A DNA stretch of 64,000 nucleotides from Candidatus Hadarchaeota archaeon. GTDB taxonomy: Archaea; Hadarchaeota; Hadarchaeia; Hadarchaeales; JAGGTB01. The notes under the pieces were generated by a model, which was not told the DNA's origin, did not search any database, and worked only from the letters and a program-made list of their open reading frames with translations. The stretch is taken from assembly GCA_964384105.1 (NCBI GenBank), contig CAYLJV010000001.1, forward strand, positions 288,001 through 352,000. The letters are read 5' to 3'. Position 1 is the first letter of the stretch. Each line of letters starts with the position of its first letter. Of this stretch, positions 1-9,018 are shown in pieces. Both the position numbers and the translations under genes were made by a program.

Positions 1-5
1 TCTTT

Positions 6-425
6 TTAGTAATTTGTTAGCTTGACTTCAACGGGTTGTTCTTCCCATTTGAATGATTTTATCTCAGTTAATCTGCCTTTGTTATCTGTCCCTGCTATTA
101 TCCATAGTTTTTCTGGCCACAATTCCATGCATTTTCTGTCCAAACTACTTACGAAAGCAGTCAGGTTAGGGTGGGAGTGAAAAAAACCTACCAATTCTTT
201 GTTTTTTTCATCTCCTATTTCTTCTATGGTCTCTGCTACTAGAATTGGGTCCATTTTAAATGATATGGGTGAATCTAAAACATTCTCAGCTTCGATGGCT
301 CTTTTTATATCTATTACTTCATTTTGTTTCTTCCCGATCAGTAAAGCACATCCTTCATTCGGGAAATATTTTTTCGAGATTTTTTCTATTTCTTCTCTAA
401 CCTTTTTTCTCAATTTCGCTTTCAT
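6..425 (-). CDS. JAMM/MPN+ (Mov34) metalloprotease, desampylase-like
   Basis: N-terminal Glu (EGCALLIG) plus the JAMM motif HSHP-x6-S-x2-D (FFHSHPNLTAFVSSLD). Its start overlaps the stop of the upstream PadR gene (422-425). Confidence 0.85.
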   Translation of the reverse strand: MKAKLRKKVREEIEKISKKYFPNEGCALLIGKKQNEVIDIKRAIEAENVLDSPISFKMDPILVAETIEEIGDEKNKELVGFFHSHPNLTAFVSSLDRKCMELWPEKLWIIAGTDNKGRLTEIKSFKWEEQPVEVKLTNY

Positions 426-886
426 TTTTTTGATTTGTATGCCTTAGCACAGTGTTCGCAACAGAATGGGAGGACTTTTCCGTCTATTTTTTCCCTATAT
501 ACTCTAGTTTTAGAATTATCTTCCGAATGTCCTTCGAAAATTTTACAACTACAGTGGGCGCATTCGGAAAGCCAGGGATCTAAAATTTCATAAATCAAAT
601 TGTAAAAACTCTTTAAAACTTCAGAGAATTTCTCTTCTCCTTTTTCGCTGAGTTTATATATCTTTCTGGTTCGGCCCTTAACTTTCTTTTCGCTGGATTT
701 AACTAGCCCTTCTTTCTCAAGTTCTTCTAAAAGGGGGTATATTTGTCCAGTTGATGGCTCTTTACCTAATCTTTCTTTTACTTCTCTTATTATCTCATAA
801 CCATGCCTTGGCTTTTGTGATAGTAAAGCTATTGTGTAAAACTTAGTTAGATTTGTAAGAAATTCCCAGGTCTCAGTCATTTTCAT
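422..886 (-). CDS. PadR-family wHTH regulator with C-terminal TRASH-like metal-binding domain (probable copper regulator)
   Basis: PadR signature HGYEII...STGQIYPLL..LE..GLV...RKIY.L; C-terminal CAHC...FCCEHC; divergent from copA. Confidence 0.85.
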   Translation of the reverse strand: MKMTETWEFLTNLTKFYTIALLSQKPRHGYEIIREVKERLGKEPSTGQIYPLLEELEKEGLVKSSEKKVKGRTRKIYKLSEKGEEKFSEVLKSFYNLIYEILDPWLSECAHCSCKIFEGHSEDNSKTRVYREKIDGKVLPFCCEHCAKAYKSKK

Positions 887-912
887 CCTAATCGTAAAGT
901 TTATTGGCCTAT

Positions 913-946
913 ATATTTAAATATGATATATCTAAAAAAGACATAT
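913..946. promoter_or_regulatory. Divergent padR/copA promoter: palindromic TATA element and imperfect inverted repeat (candidate operator)
   Basis: Perfect 12-bp palindrome ATATTTAAATAT at 913-924, followed by ATATCT-AAAAA-AGACAT, within a 68-bp intergenic gap. Confidence 0.4.
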
Positions 947-954
947 GTGGGACC

Positions 955-3453
955 ATGGTAGGTGAGAGTAAAAAGAAATTAACTATTAAAATCGGGGGAA
1001 TGACTTGTGTTTCCTGTGCACAAACTGTAGAAAACTCCCTCGAGAGATTGAATGGTATATACAAGGCTAACGTCAACTTTGCTACTGAAAAGTTAATCGT
1101 TGAATATGATCCGGATAAAGTTGAAAAAGAAAAAATATTCAAGACTATAGAAAATTCTGGTTATCAACCGATCGAGGAAGAAAAAACAGGAAAAGGAAAA
1201 GAAGAAATAACTTTCGAAATCACCGACATGACCTGTGCTTCTTGCGCAGACACGGTCCAAAAAGCCCTTTCAAATCTTGAAGGAGTATACACTGCAAATG
1301 TTAACCTAGCGACCGAGAAGGCAAGGGTGGAATACTCCCCCGATCTGGTTTCGATCGAGGAAATGAGAAGAGTAATCGAGGAAGTAGGTTACGGGGTGGA
1401 ATCCGAAGAAAGAGGAGAGCAAGAAGTAGAAGAGGTCGAAAAGGCAAAGAATCGCACTCTTGTCGCTTGGGGAGCCTCAATCCCGATTATCGCTTGGATG
1501 ATCCCGGAGATGATCTTCGGTATTGCCTGGCCTAATCAGATGATCTATAATCTAGGTATGACGTTACTAGCTATTCCCGTTTTATTCTGGGTCGGTCGCC
1601 ACACCTACAAGAGCGCCCTGAAGACCATAAGTCACGGGTCGGCTAACATGGACGTCTTGATTTTCCTCGGATCTTTCGCAGCATTCGTGACTGGTCCTTC
1701 AAGGCTACTATTTTTTCCAGAAATTCTGAATTACGCAGGGGTTGGGGCGATGATAATGGCATTCCACCTCACAGGTAGGTACATCGAAGCAAGGGCAAGA
1801 GGTCGAGCTTCTCAGGCTATCAAAAGGCTGATGGAGTTAGAGGCGGACACGGCGAGGATAATCGAGGACGGCGAAGAAAGGGAGGTTCCCTTGGACCGGG
1901 TCGAGGAAGGAAACCTATTGAAAGTCAGACCTGGTGAAAAGATACCCACCGACGGGGTTGTAGTAGAAGGGGAGAGTTCCGTAGATGAATCCATGGCGAC
2001 TGGAGAGTCCACCCCCGTTCGCAAGGAAAAGGGTGATGAGGTGATAGGGTCTACGGTAAACCAGGATGGGGTGCTCACCGTCGAAGCGACCAAGGTGGGG
2101 AAGGATACCTTCCTATCCAAAGTCATAGAGATGGTCGAAGAAGCCCAGGGGACAAAAGTTCCCATCCAAAGATTCGCTGACAGGATTACAAGCTATTTCG
2201 TTCCTGCTATCATTATAATAACGATCATCACAGTCATACTCTGGTTAATTATACCACAGAAAGTGGATTTTCTTGCTTCCGCTTTTGAAGGAACGCTACC
2301 TTGGATAAACTTATCATTACGTCCGGTCATGCTGGCCATATTCGCGGGCATAGCCACTCTCGTTATAGCTTGCCCCTGCGCTTTAGGTCTTGCTACCCCT
2401 ACGGCTCTTATGGTTGGGAGTGGTAAGGGTGCAGAGAACGGGATACTCATTCGTAAAGGGGAAGCGATCCAGGTCCTCAAGAACATCGATACAATAATTT
2501 TCGATAAAACGGGAACGATGACAGAAGGAAAAATGACCTTAACTGACATTATTGTCGCACCGGGAATTAATGGTAACCCTGAAGACCAAATACTTCAGCT
2601 TGCGGCGACTGCGGAATACAACTCCGAACACCCGATAGGTAGGGCTATCGTAGAAGAAGCCAGGGAAAGAGAAACGGAACTTCGAGAACCTGACGAGTTT
2701 AAAGCGATAGGAGGGAAAGGCGTGAAAATCTCACTAGATAGTAGCGAAGTAATAGTCGGAAATCGGAATTTTTTAGAGGAAGAGGGCATTGACTCATCCC
2801 CAATGGAGGAAGAATTGGAAAAACTGGAGAACGAAGGCAAGACAGCCATACTCATCGGAAAGGACAGAAGACTCTTAGGAGCTGTGGCGGTGGCAGACAC
2901 TCTCAAAGAGGATACCATTCCGACAATAAGCAAACTGAAGGAGATGGGTCTCGAAACAGCGATGATAACCGGCGACAATCCTAGAACCGCGAAGGCCATA
3001 GCTGAAAAGGCGGGAATATCAAGAGTCCTGTCGGAAGTACTCCCTGACGAAAAAGCCGACGAGATTAGAAAACTTCAAGAAAAGGGAAAAAAAGTTGCCA
3101 TGGTTGGGGACGGGATAAACGATGCACCTGCTCTAACTCAATCGAACGTAGGAATAGCAATCGGCACAGGGACCGATATCGCAATCGAATCGGGAGAGAT
3201 AGTTCTGGTTCGTGGGGAACTCTCTGGAGTAGTTAGTGCGGTCGAACTTTCACAGAAGACTTTCGACAAGATTAGACAAAACCTCTGGTGGGCCTTCGGC
3301 TACAACGTCGTAATGATCCCTCTAGCAGTTTTAGGGATAATGCACCCTCTTTTTGCTGAGGCTGCTATGGCTGTAAGTTCTGTTAGTGTAGTAACAAATG
3401 CGAATAGACTCAAAAATGTGGATATTGGCTATGATACATTGAAACGTGAATAG
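955..3453 (+). CDS. copA: Cu(I)-exporting P1B-type ATPase with two N-terminal HMA domains
   Basis: GMTCVSC and DMTCASC HMA motifs, [27 protein letters not shown] and MAVSS. ATG at 955 preferred over TTG 904. Confidence 0.95.
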   Translation: MVGESKKKLTIKIGGMTCVSCAQTVENSLERLNGIYKANVNFATEKLIVEYDPDKVEKEKIFKTIENSGYQPIEEEKTGKGKEEITFEITDMTCASCADTVQKALSNLEGVYTANVNLATEKARVEYSPDLVSIEEMRRVIEEVGYGVESEERGEQEVEEVEKAKNRTLVAWGASIPIIAWMIPEMIFGIAWPNQMIYNLGMTLLAIPVLFWVGRHTYKSALKTISHGSANMDVLIFLGSFAAFVTGPSRLLFFPEILNYAGVGAMIMAFHLTGRYIEARARGRASQAIKRLMELEADTARIIEDGEEREVPLDRVEEGNLLKVRPGEKIPTDGVVVEGESSVDESMATGESTPVRKEKGDEVIGSTVNQDGVLTVEATKVGKDTFLSKVIEMVEEAQGTKVPIQRFADRITSYFVPAIIIITIITVILWLIIPQKVDFLASAFEGTLPWINLSLRPVMLAIFAGIATLVIACPCALGLATPTALMVGSGKGAENGILIRKGEAIQVLKNIDTIIFDKTGTMTEGKMTLTDIIVAPGINGNPEDQILQLAATAEYNSEHPIGRAIVEEARERETELREPDEFKAIGGKGVKISLDSSEVIVGNRNFLEEEGIDSSPMEEELEKLENEGKTAILIGKDRRLLGAVAVADTLKEDTIPTISKLKEMGLETAMITGDNPRTAKAIAEKAGISRVLSEVLPDEKADEIRKLQEKGKKVAMVGDGINDAPALTQSNVGIAIGTGTDIAIESGEIVLVRGELSGVVSAVELSQKTFDKIRQNLWWAFGYNVVMIPLAVLGIMHPLFAEAAMAVSSVSVVTNANRLKNVDIGYDTLKRE

Positions 3454-3572
3454 TTTATGACTGCTTTAGTATTTTGAGAAACTGAATTTGAATTTTTCTA
3501 GTTAGAGCTTATTATATCTGCTATTTGAATACCATAAATACTAAATCTATTGAGGGGTTAGAATCAACTACA

Positions 3573-3974
3573 ATGAGACCGCCTTGTGAATCAATTGTGA
3601 AGAGGGTTCTGCCGACGGTTAGATCGATCCTGGTTAAAGAACTTAGTGATGAATATGGCCTTAGCCAAAGTGAGATAGCTAATAAGCTTGCTATAACTCA
3701 ACCTGCTGTGAGCCAATATTTAAGCTCTGCTCGGGGGAAGGGAAAGCTTAAAAAGAGCTTAAAAAAGACGGGCTTGTATCCTAAGCTCAAGAAACTTGCT
3801 AAAGAAATCGCCGAAGGCAGTATCAAACGTGAACAAATAGTTAAAAAATACTGTGAAGTCTGTACTTCTATGAGGTCCGAGGAGGTTCTTTGTGCTATTC
3901 ATGCCGAGAATGCACCCTTATTGTCAGAGGAAGAGTGTAAAATTTGTCTTGAAACTAAGGATGAACAGTCCTAG
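3573..3974 (+). CDS. Archaeal XRE-type HTH regulator (COG2522-like) with Cys-rich C-terminus
   Basis: MRPPCE...LPTVRSILVKEL...SQSEIANKLAITQPAVSQY; C-terminal CEVC, CAIH and CKIC. Confidence 0.8.
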   Translation: MRPPCESIVKRVLPTVRSILVKELSDEYGLSQSEIANKLAITQPAVSQYLSSARGKGKLKKSLKKTGLYPKLKKLAKEIAEGSIKREQIVKKYCEVCTSMRSEEVLCAIHAENAPLLSEEECKICLETKDEQS

Positions 3975-4380
3975 ACAGAACGGATAGCGGATGTCCTTTA
4001 CTTTTAAATTCAAATTCTTTGTACCATCCGAATGGAGCTCTCGAAGAATTAAAATTGGATTTTTTTAATTCAGATTCTAACTTTTCCAGAATTTCGATTG
4101 CGAATTGTGGAGAGGAAAGATTTTCTGAGAGGTGTGCAAAAGGAAAGAGAAAAATATTTTTACTCTTGATTTTTGAAGCCACTTTTTTTATTTCTCTAAG
4201 GGCCTTTTCTACCATTTCGTCTCCAGTGGAGTTTTCATCACTTTTTTCAACCGAAAAAAATACTATAAGAGGATCTTCCATGTCTCTTTCTTTACTGTTT
4301 TCACCTATCTCTTCTGCAATGGGGGTCTTTTGCTTAACTTTGTAGTTTACATAGTCTGCATGAATGAACAACATTCTCAT
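3955..4380 (-). CDS. Stand-alone archaeal threonyl-tRNA synthetase editing domain (DTD-like fold)
   Basis: MRMLFIHAD, PFAHLS..LSSP, RAPFGWYKEF and KGHPLSVLSR motifs of the archaeal ThrRS N-terminal editing domain; ORF ends at 141 aa. Confidence 0.88.
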   Translation of the reverse strand: MRMLFIHADYVNYKVKQKTPIAEEIGENSKERDMEDPLIVFFSVEKSDENSTGDEMVEKALREIKKVASKIKSKNIFLFPFAHLSENLSSPQFAIEILEKLESELKKSNFNSSRAPFGWYKEFEFKSKGHPLSVLSRTVHP

Positions 4381-4409
4381 TGTTTCCGATTATTGTTATT
4401 ACACTTGGA

Positions 4410-4431
4410 GATAAAAATATAACGGCGTTAT
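4410..4431 (-). promoter_or_regulatory. Palindromic operator ATAACGCCGTTAT plus TATA-like TTTATC upstream of the ThrRS editing gene
   Basis: On the minus strand it reads ATAACGCCGTTAT-ATT-TTTATC, a 19/20 match to 55458-55477. Confidence 0.7.
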
Positions 4432-4437
4432 TAAAGT

Positions 4438-5739
4438 TTAGGCTGCTTTTAGTGCTTGATCGAGATCCTCTTTTATGTCTTCTATATGTTCGATTCCTAC
4501 AGAAAGTCTTATAAAGTCCTCAGTAACACCGCCTTGTTTTCGTTGTTTTGCAGATAATTGGGAGTGTGTTGTTGACCAAGGGTGGATTGCAAGTGATTTT
4601 GCGTCGCCTACATTTGCTAGATGTGAGAACAGTCGAAGATTTTCAATGAATTTTTTTCCTGCTTTAGCTCCTCCTTCAATTCCGAAACCTACTATCCCTC
4701 CGTAACCATTCTTCAGATATTTTTCTGCTAGGTCTTTTGTAGGGTGGTCCTCTAGTCCAGGGTAGATAACCCAGTTAACCTTTGGATGGTCCTTTAGGAA
4801 TTCCACTGTTTTCATTGCGTTCTCTGAATGTCTCTCCATCCTTAGATGTAGTGTTTCCAATCCTTGGAGGAGTAAAAATGCGTTGAAAGGGCTCATACAA
4901 GATCCTATGTCTCGAGTATATCGAGATTTCAATTTGACTATATAAGATAGTTCTTGGAATTCGTTCCAGTAGTTAAGCCCGCCTCTGTATCCTGGATCGG
5001 TTTCAGTTATCTCGGGAAAATTCCCTTTCGACCAGTCGAATTTTCCAGAATCTACAACTAGACCACCGAGGACTGTGCCATGACCTCCGATCCATTTTGT
5101 TGCTGAGTGAGTTATTATGTCGGTGCCCCATTTGAATGGGTTGCATAGATATGGTGTAGCAAAGGTGTTGTCAACGAACAAAGGAATTTGATTTTCGTGA
5201 GCTACTTTGGCCGCCTCTTCTATATCCAGCACGTTTAATTTAGGATTTCCAATAGTTTCACCAAAGATCGCTTTTGTATTCTCATCGATAGATTCGGCGA
5301 ACCCTTCAGGCGTTGGATCAACAAATTCTACGTTTATTCCAAATTTCTTTGGAAATGTCAGATCAAAAAGGGTGATTGTTCCACCGTACAGTGTTTTCGA
5401 GGCCACAATTTTGTCTCCAGAACTGGCTATTGTGATGAGCGCTAGTGTTGTGGCTGCTTGTCCTGATGCGGTTGCTGCTGCGGCTATCCCGCTTTCTAGT
5501 TTTGCTATTCTTTTCTCTAGTGTTTCATAGGTGGGGTTTGTGAACCGACTGTAGATTTGTCCGGGGAATTCGGGAGGTTTTAATGCGAATAAATCTGCGG
5601 CTTGCTTTGTGTCTTTAAAATTATAAGCTACGGTGGGATATATTGGGGGTGCCCTTGCTCTAGTGTGTGGATCTGGTTCTTGTCCCGCATGCAATGTTTC
5701 AGTATCAAACTTAAATTTCTCATTACTCAATTTTTTCAC
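4438..5739 (-). CDS. metY: O-acetylhomoserine/O-acetylserine sulfhydrylase (MetY/Met17 family)
   Basis: [23 protein letters not shown]-Lys motif [25 protein letters not shown]. Likely real start is TTG 5730 after RBS GGAGGTGA. Confidence 0.92.
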   Translation of the reverse strand: MKKLSNEKFKFDTETLHAGQEPDPHTRARAPPIYPTVAYNFKDTKQAADLFALKPPEFPGQIYSRFTNPTYETLEKRIAKLESGIAAAATASGQAATTLALITIASSGDKIVASKTLYGGTITLFDLTFPKKFGINVEFVDPTPEGFAESIDENTKAIFGETIGNPKLNVLDIEEAAKVAHENQIPLFVDNTFATPYLCNPFKWGTDIITHSATKWIGGHGTVLGGLVVDSGKFDWSKGNFPEITETDPGYRGGLNYWNEFQELSYIVKLKSRYTRDIGSCMSPFNAFLLLQGLETLHLRMERHSENAMKTVEFLKDHPKVNWVIYPGLEDHPTKDLAEKYLKNGYGGIVGFGIEGGAKAGKKFIENLRLFSHLANVGDAKSLAIHPWSTTHSQLSAKQRKQGGVTEDFIRLSVGIEHIEDIKEDLDQALKAA

Positions 5740-5792
5740 CTCCCAAGAGGATTTTAGGAAAGCCTTCCTGTTTAATGTGATTAGTTTAAAGC

Positions 5793-5814
5793 TTTAAAGG
5801 CATAACGGTGTTAT
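5793..5814. promoter_or_regulatory. Palindromic operator ATAACGGTGTTAT with adjacent TTTAAA TATA box in the divergent metY/iscS promoter
   Basis: 5802-5814 is the exact reverse complement of 55458-55470; TTTAAA at 5793-5798. Confidence 0.7.
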
Positions 5815-5829
5815 AAAAGATTGGTATTT

Positions 5830-6987
5830 ATGGAAGTCTATTTGGATAATGGGAATACCACTCCTGTTGATAGACGAGTGGTAGAAGCTATGGAGCCTTA
5901 TTTTACCGAAAAATTTGGACACCCCCTTTTCATCTATTCTCAGGGAAAAGAAGCTAATGAAGCTTTAGAGGATGCTAGTGAGGTTATTGCTGATACAGTC
6001 GGTGCTGGCGGAGATGAAGTTATTTTTACTTCTGGGGCAACGGAAGCTAACGATATTGCATTACGTGGAGTTGCTGGCGCTAGAAAAGACCAAGGAAATC
6101 ATATAATTACTTCCGAAATAGAACACCCTTCCGTTTTGAGAGTATGTGAGGAACTCGAGAGGGTCGGATACGAAGTGGATTATTTGGGAGTTGATGAAGA
6201 AGGATTTGTTGATCTTGATCAGTTAAGGGAACTAATAAAGGATGAGACTATCCTAGTTAGTGTAACCCAAGTTAGTGATGAGATTGGCACTATTGAACCG
6301 CTAAAAAAGATTGGGGAGATCATATCAGAAAGAAATCCTGAAACATATTTTCATACAAATGCCGCTGCTTCTTACGGTCTTGTTCCAATTGATATTAGGG
6401 AAAGTAATATCGATTTAGTCAGTCTAAGTGCTCATAAAATACATGGACCAAAGGGAATTGGTGCATTGATAGCTAGAGATCGGGTAGAATTGGAGCCTAT
6501 TAACTATGGGTATCTTTCCCTCTCGAGGATAAGACCGGGTACTGAAAATGTACCGGGTATTGTAGGATTTCGGAAGGCAGTTGAGCTAGCTTTTGAGGAT
6601 TTTAATTCTAAAGTTGGATTTATCGGAGACTTGAGAGACACTTTGATGAGGGGGATCGAGGATAGTATTCCGGAGGTAGTTATGCATGGCCCAAGTGGTG
6701 AAGAAAGGAGTCCTGCTAACGTGAATTATTCTTTTAAGCATATAGAGGGCGAATCCATTTTACTACATCTCGATGCTAGAGGTATTTCTGTGTCTACCGG
6801 TTCCGCATGTGCTACCCGGAAACTTGAGCCAAGCCATGTACTCCGGGCAATAGAGGTAGATCCAGTAGTTTCCCACGGAGCTATTAGATTTACATTGAGT
6901 AGAATGAATACTGAAGAAGAAATCGATTATACCTTGGAGGTACTTCCAGAAGTTGTTGAGGGATTGAGATCGATGAGCCCTATATAA
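5830..6987 (+). CDS. iscS: Cysteine desulfurase (IscS/NifS group I)
   Basis: YLDN..TTP, FTSGATEA, IEHPS, SAHKIHGPKG, RPGTENV, catalytic STGSAC. Confidence 0.92.
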   Translation: MEVYLDNGNTTPVDRRVVEAMEPYFTEKFGHPLFIYSQGKEANEALEDASEVIADTVGAGGDEVIFTSGATEANDIALRGVAGARKDQGNHIITSEIEHPSVLRVCEELERVGYEVDYLGVDEEGFVDLDQLRELIKDETILVSVTQVSDEIGTIEPLKKIGEIISERNPETYFHTNAAASYGLVPIDIRESNIDLVSLSAHKIHGPKGIGALIARDRVELEPINYGYLSLSRIRPGTENVPGIVGFRKAVELAFEDFNSKVGFIGDLRDTLMRGIEDSIPEVVMHGPSGEERSPANVNYSFKHIEGESILLHLDARGISVSTGSACATRKLEPSHVLRAIEVDPVVSHGAIRFTLSRMNTEEEIDYTLEVLPEVVEGLRSMSPI

Positions 6988-6999
6988 GTAGGTGGTTGA

Positions 7000-7413
7000 A
7001 TGGGAAAAAACAAAGAAAGCAGATACACTGAGAGAGGCTTTTTGGATTATAGTGATAAAGTTATAGAATTATTCCAAAATCCTAAGAATGTAGGTAGAAT
7101 GGAAAACCCAGATGTAGTTGTCCAGGAGGGAGATCCTACTTGTGGAGATACAATTCAACTCTCTTTAAAATTTAAAGAGGATATTATTGAGGATGCGAAG
7201 TTTCTATCTTTTGGATGTGCTGCAAATATAGCTACGGGTTCCGTGCTTACAGAGGCGATAAAGGGAAAAACGATAGAAGAGGCTAGAGAGATTACTATGA
7301 AAGATTTAGAAGATGAATTAGGGGGTTTACCCCCAGTCAAAATACACTGCGCTAAATTGGCAACTCGGGTTTTAGAGCGTGCTTTGAAGGAAGCATTGAA
7401 TGAATATATTTGA
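7000..7413 (+). CDS. iscU: Fe-S cluster scaffold IscU/NifU
   Basis: NPKNVG, PTCGD, FGCAA, LPPVKIHC; directly downstream of iscS. Confidence 0.93.
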   Translation: MGKNKESRYTERGFLDYSDKVIELFQNPKNVGRMENPDVVVQEGDPTCGDTIQLSLKFKEDIIEDAKFLSFGCAANIATGSVLTEAIKGKTIEEAREITMKDLEDELGGLPPVKIHCAKLATRVLERALKEALNEYI

Positions 7414-7450
7414 CAGAGTGTTGTCAGATAATATTCTTTAGGGAGTATTC

Positions 7451-8500
7451 ATGTCAGGTCAAGAATTGGATCGTTTAATTGTACCGAGAATCAGAGATGG
7501 CTGTATACTGGCTAGAGGATTAGAGATTGAAAGTTTGGAAGAGGATGGGGAAAAAGCAGTAGTGGAAGTGAGTCCTTGTACGTCTGAAAGAGGGAAGATA
7601 GTTACTGAGATAGATATTTCTGAAGGGTACGAAAATACACCTTTTTTGGATTCAAAGATCTTGTGTTTACTGTTGGATTCTTATGAGAGTCATTTTGCTG
7701 AGCTTAAATGTAGTACCAAATTAGGTTTGGCCAGATTGATGTGGAAGGCCCATAGGATCTATATCTATGAAAAAGGAAAGCTAAAGATAAGGTATGCTCA
7801 CAGTCGTGAGGATGCGATTAAGTTTGCTAATTCGATTTTGCGTCTCGTTTTACCTAGTTTGATTTGTGATAAGTGTAGTCTACCTATTGCTGATTGTATT
7901 CTTGCTGAATGTGTGGAATGCACCTTTGATGAATCGCCCCGAATTCTAAGTGTTCAGGATTTTTTTAATGGACCCCTCCTCAGAAGAAGCTATGAATGCT
8001 TGCTTGAAGCTTTTGAGAAGACTGAGGAATTAAGAAAGAGGTTGTTTGATCAGAGAGAGATTCCATCTTATTTAAAAAAGAGTGTAAAACGAGAGTTCAT
8101 TAAATCTATCGAATACGCGATGGATTTTTCCTTAGGATTGAAAGAGCATAATTTTCTTGTTGCAGGAGTAGAAATGATTTCTTTGGCTAAGCAGAGCCTT
8201 TTGTTGATAGATCAGGAAGATATTATTTTGAAAATTTCAGATTCAAAGTCAACAGGGGAATTTTGGGATCTTATTCGTGATTTAGATCGTTTTTTATGGC
8301 AAATAAATGAAGGACTTGTTTTATCCGTAAATGAAGTCTATCGAGATAACTTTGAAGATATTGAATCCAAGATAGTAAAAGCAACAAATATTCTAGAGAA
8401 AATAAAAACTTCTGAATTCAGTAACAAAAAAGAGCATTTTAAAATATCCGAGAAACTTCTCAAAACTAATAAAAAGTTTTTACAAAAGATTTCGGCTTAG
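7451..8500 (+). CDS. Hypothetical Cys-rich protein, possible Fe-S/metal-binding protein
   Basis: Long ORF co-oriented 37 bp after iscU. CDKC-x5-C-x4-CVEC cluster; SPC...IYIYEKGKL.I...SREDA segment. Confidence 0.6.
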   Translation: MSGQELDRLIVPRIRDGCILARGLEIESLEEDGEKAVVEVSPCTSERGKIVTEIDISEGYENTPFLDSKILCLLLDSYESHFAELKCSTKLGLARLMWKAHRIYIYEKGKLKIRYAHSREDAIKFANSILRLVLPSLICDKCSLPIADCILAECVECTFDESPRILSVQDFFNGPLLRRSYECLLEAFEKTEELRKRLFDQREIPSYLKKSVKREFIKSIEYAMDFSLGLKEHNFLVAGVEMISLAKQSLLLIDQEDIILKISDSKSTGEFWDLIRDLDRFLWQINEGLVLSVNEVYRDNFEDIESKIVKATNILEKIKTSEFSNKKEHFKISEKLLKTNKKFLQKISA

Positions 8501-9006
8501 TACTGTATTCCTTTTTTGGTCAATGTTCTTTTTGGATGTTTTACATCTACTATCTCGTTAACGGAATCCGCTTTATCGATAAGTTCTTTTGGTGCATTTC
8601 TTCCGGTCAAAAACACATCTGTTTTCTTTGGAATCTCGTTTAATAATTCTACTACTTTTTCGACATCTAATAACCCACAATCAACTGCTAAATTTATCTC
8701 GTCTAATATGATTAAATGAGGTTTTTTCTCAGTAACTATTTTTTTAGCAAATTTCAAACCTTTTTGAGCTAATTTCTTGTCTTCTTTGTTGAGATTGTCT
8801 AAGCCTTTCCATCCTTCCCTGCCAAATTGGTGTATCTCGTATTCCGGTTTCAATCTTTTTCTTATTTTATATTCACCGGTTTTCTTCCACCATTTCAAGA
8901 ATTGAATAATCACCACTTTGTGTCCATGTCCGACTGATCTTAATGCAACTCCTAAAGCATTTGCTGTTTTACCCGCCCCCGATCCAGTATATAAATATAT
9001 TGTCAT
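8497..9006 (-). CDS. cobO: Cob(I)alamin adenosyltransferase (CobO/BtuR)
   Basis: YTGSGAGKT.A.G..LRS.GHG, IQFLK, ILDEIN.A, LTGR.AP, KHP...GIQY. Confidence 0.92.
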   Translation of the reverse strand: MTIYLYTGSGAGKTANALGVALRSVGHGHKVVIIQFLKWWKKTGEYKIRKRLKPEYEIHQFGREGWKGLDNLNKEDKKLAQKGLKFAKKIVTEKKPHLIILDEINLAVDCGLLDVEKVVELLNEIPKKTDVFLTGRNAPKELIDKADSVNEIVDVKHPKRTLTKKGIQY

Positions 9007-9018
9007 TTTTTAGCCATT

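Noticed and set aside
955-3453. copA as a recent horizontal insertion because it looks more GC-rich
   Set aside because: Impression by eye only; no mobility genes or flanking repeats, and composition was not computed.
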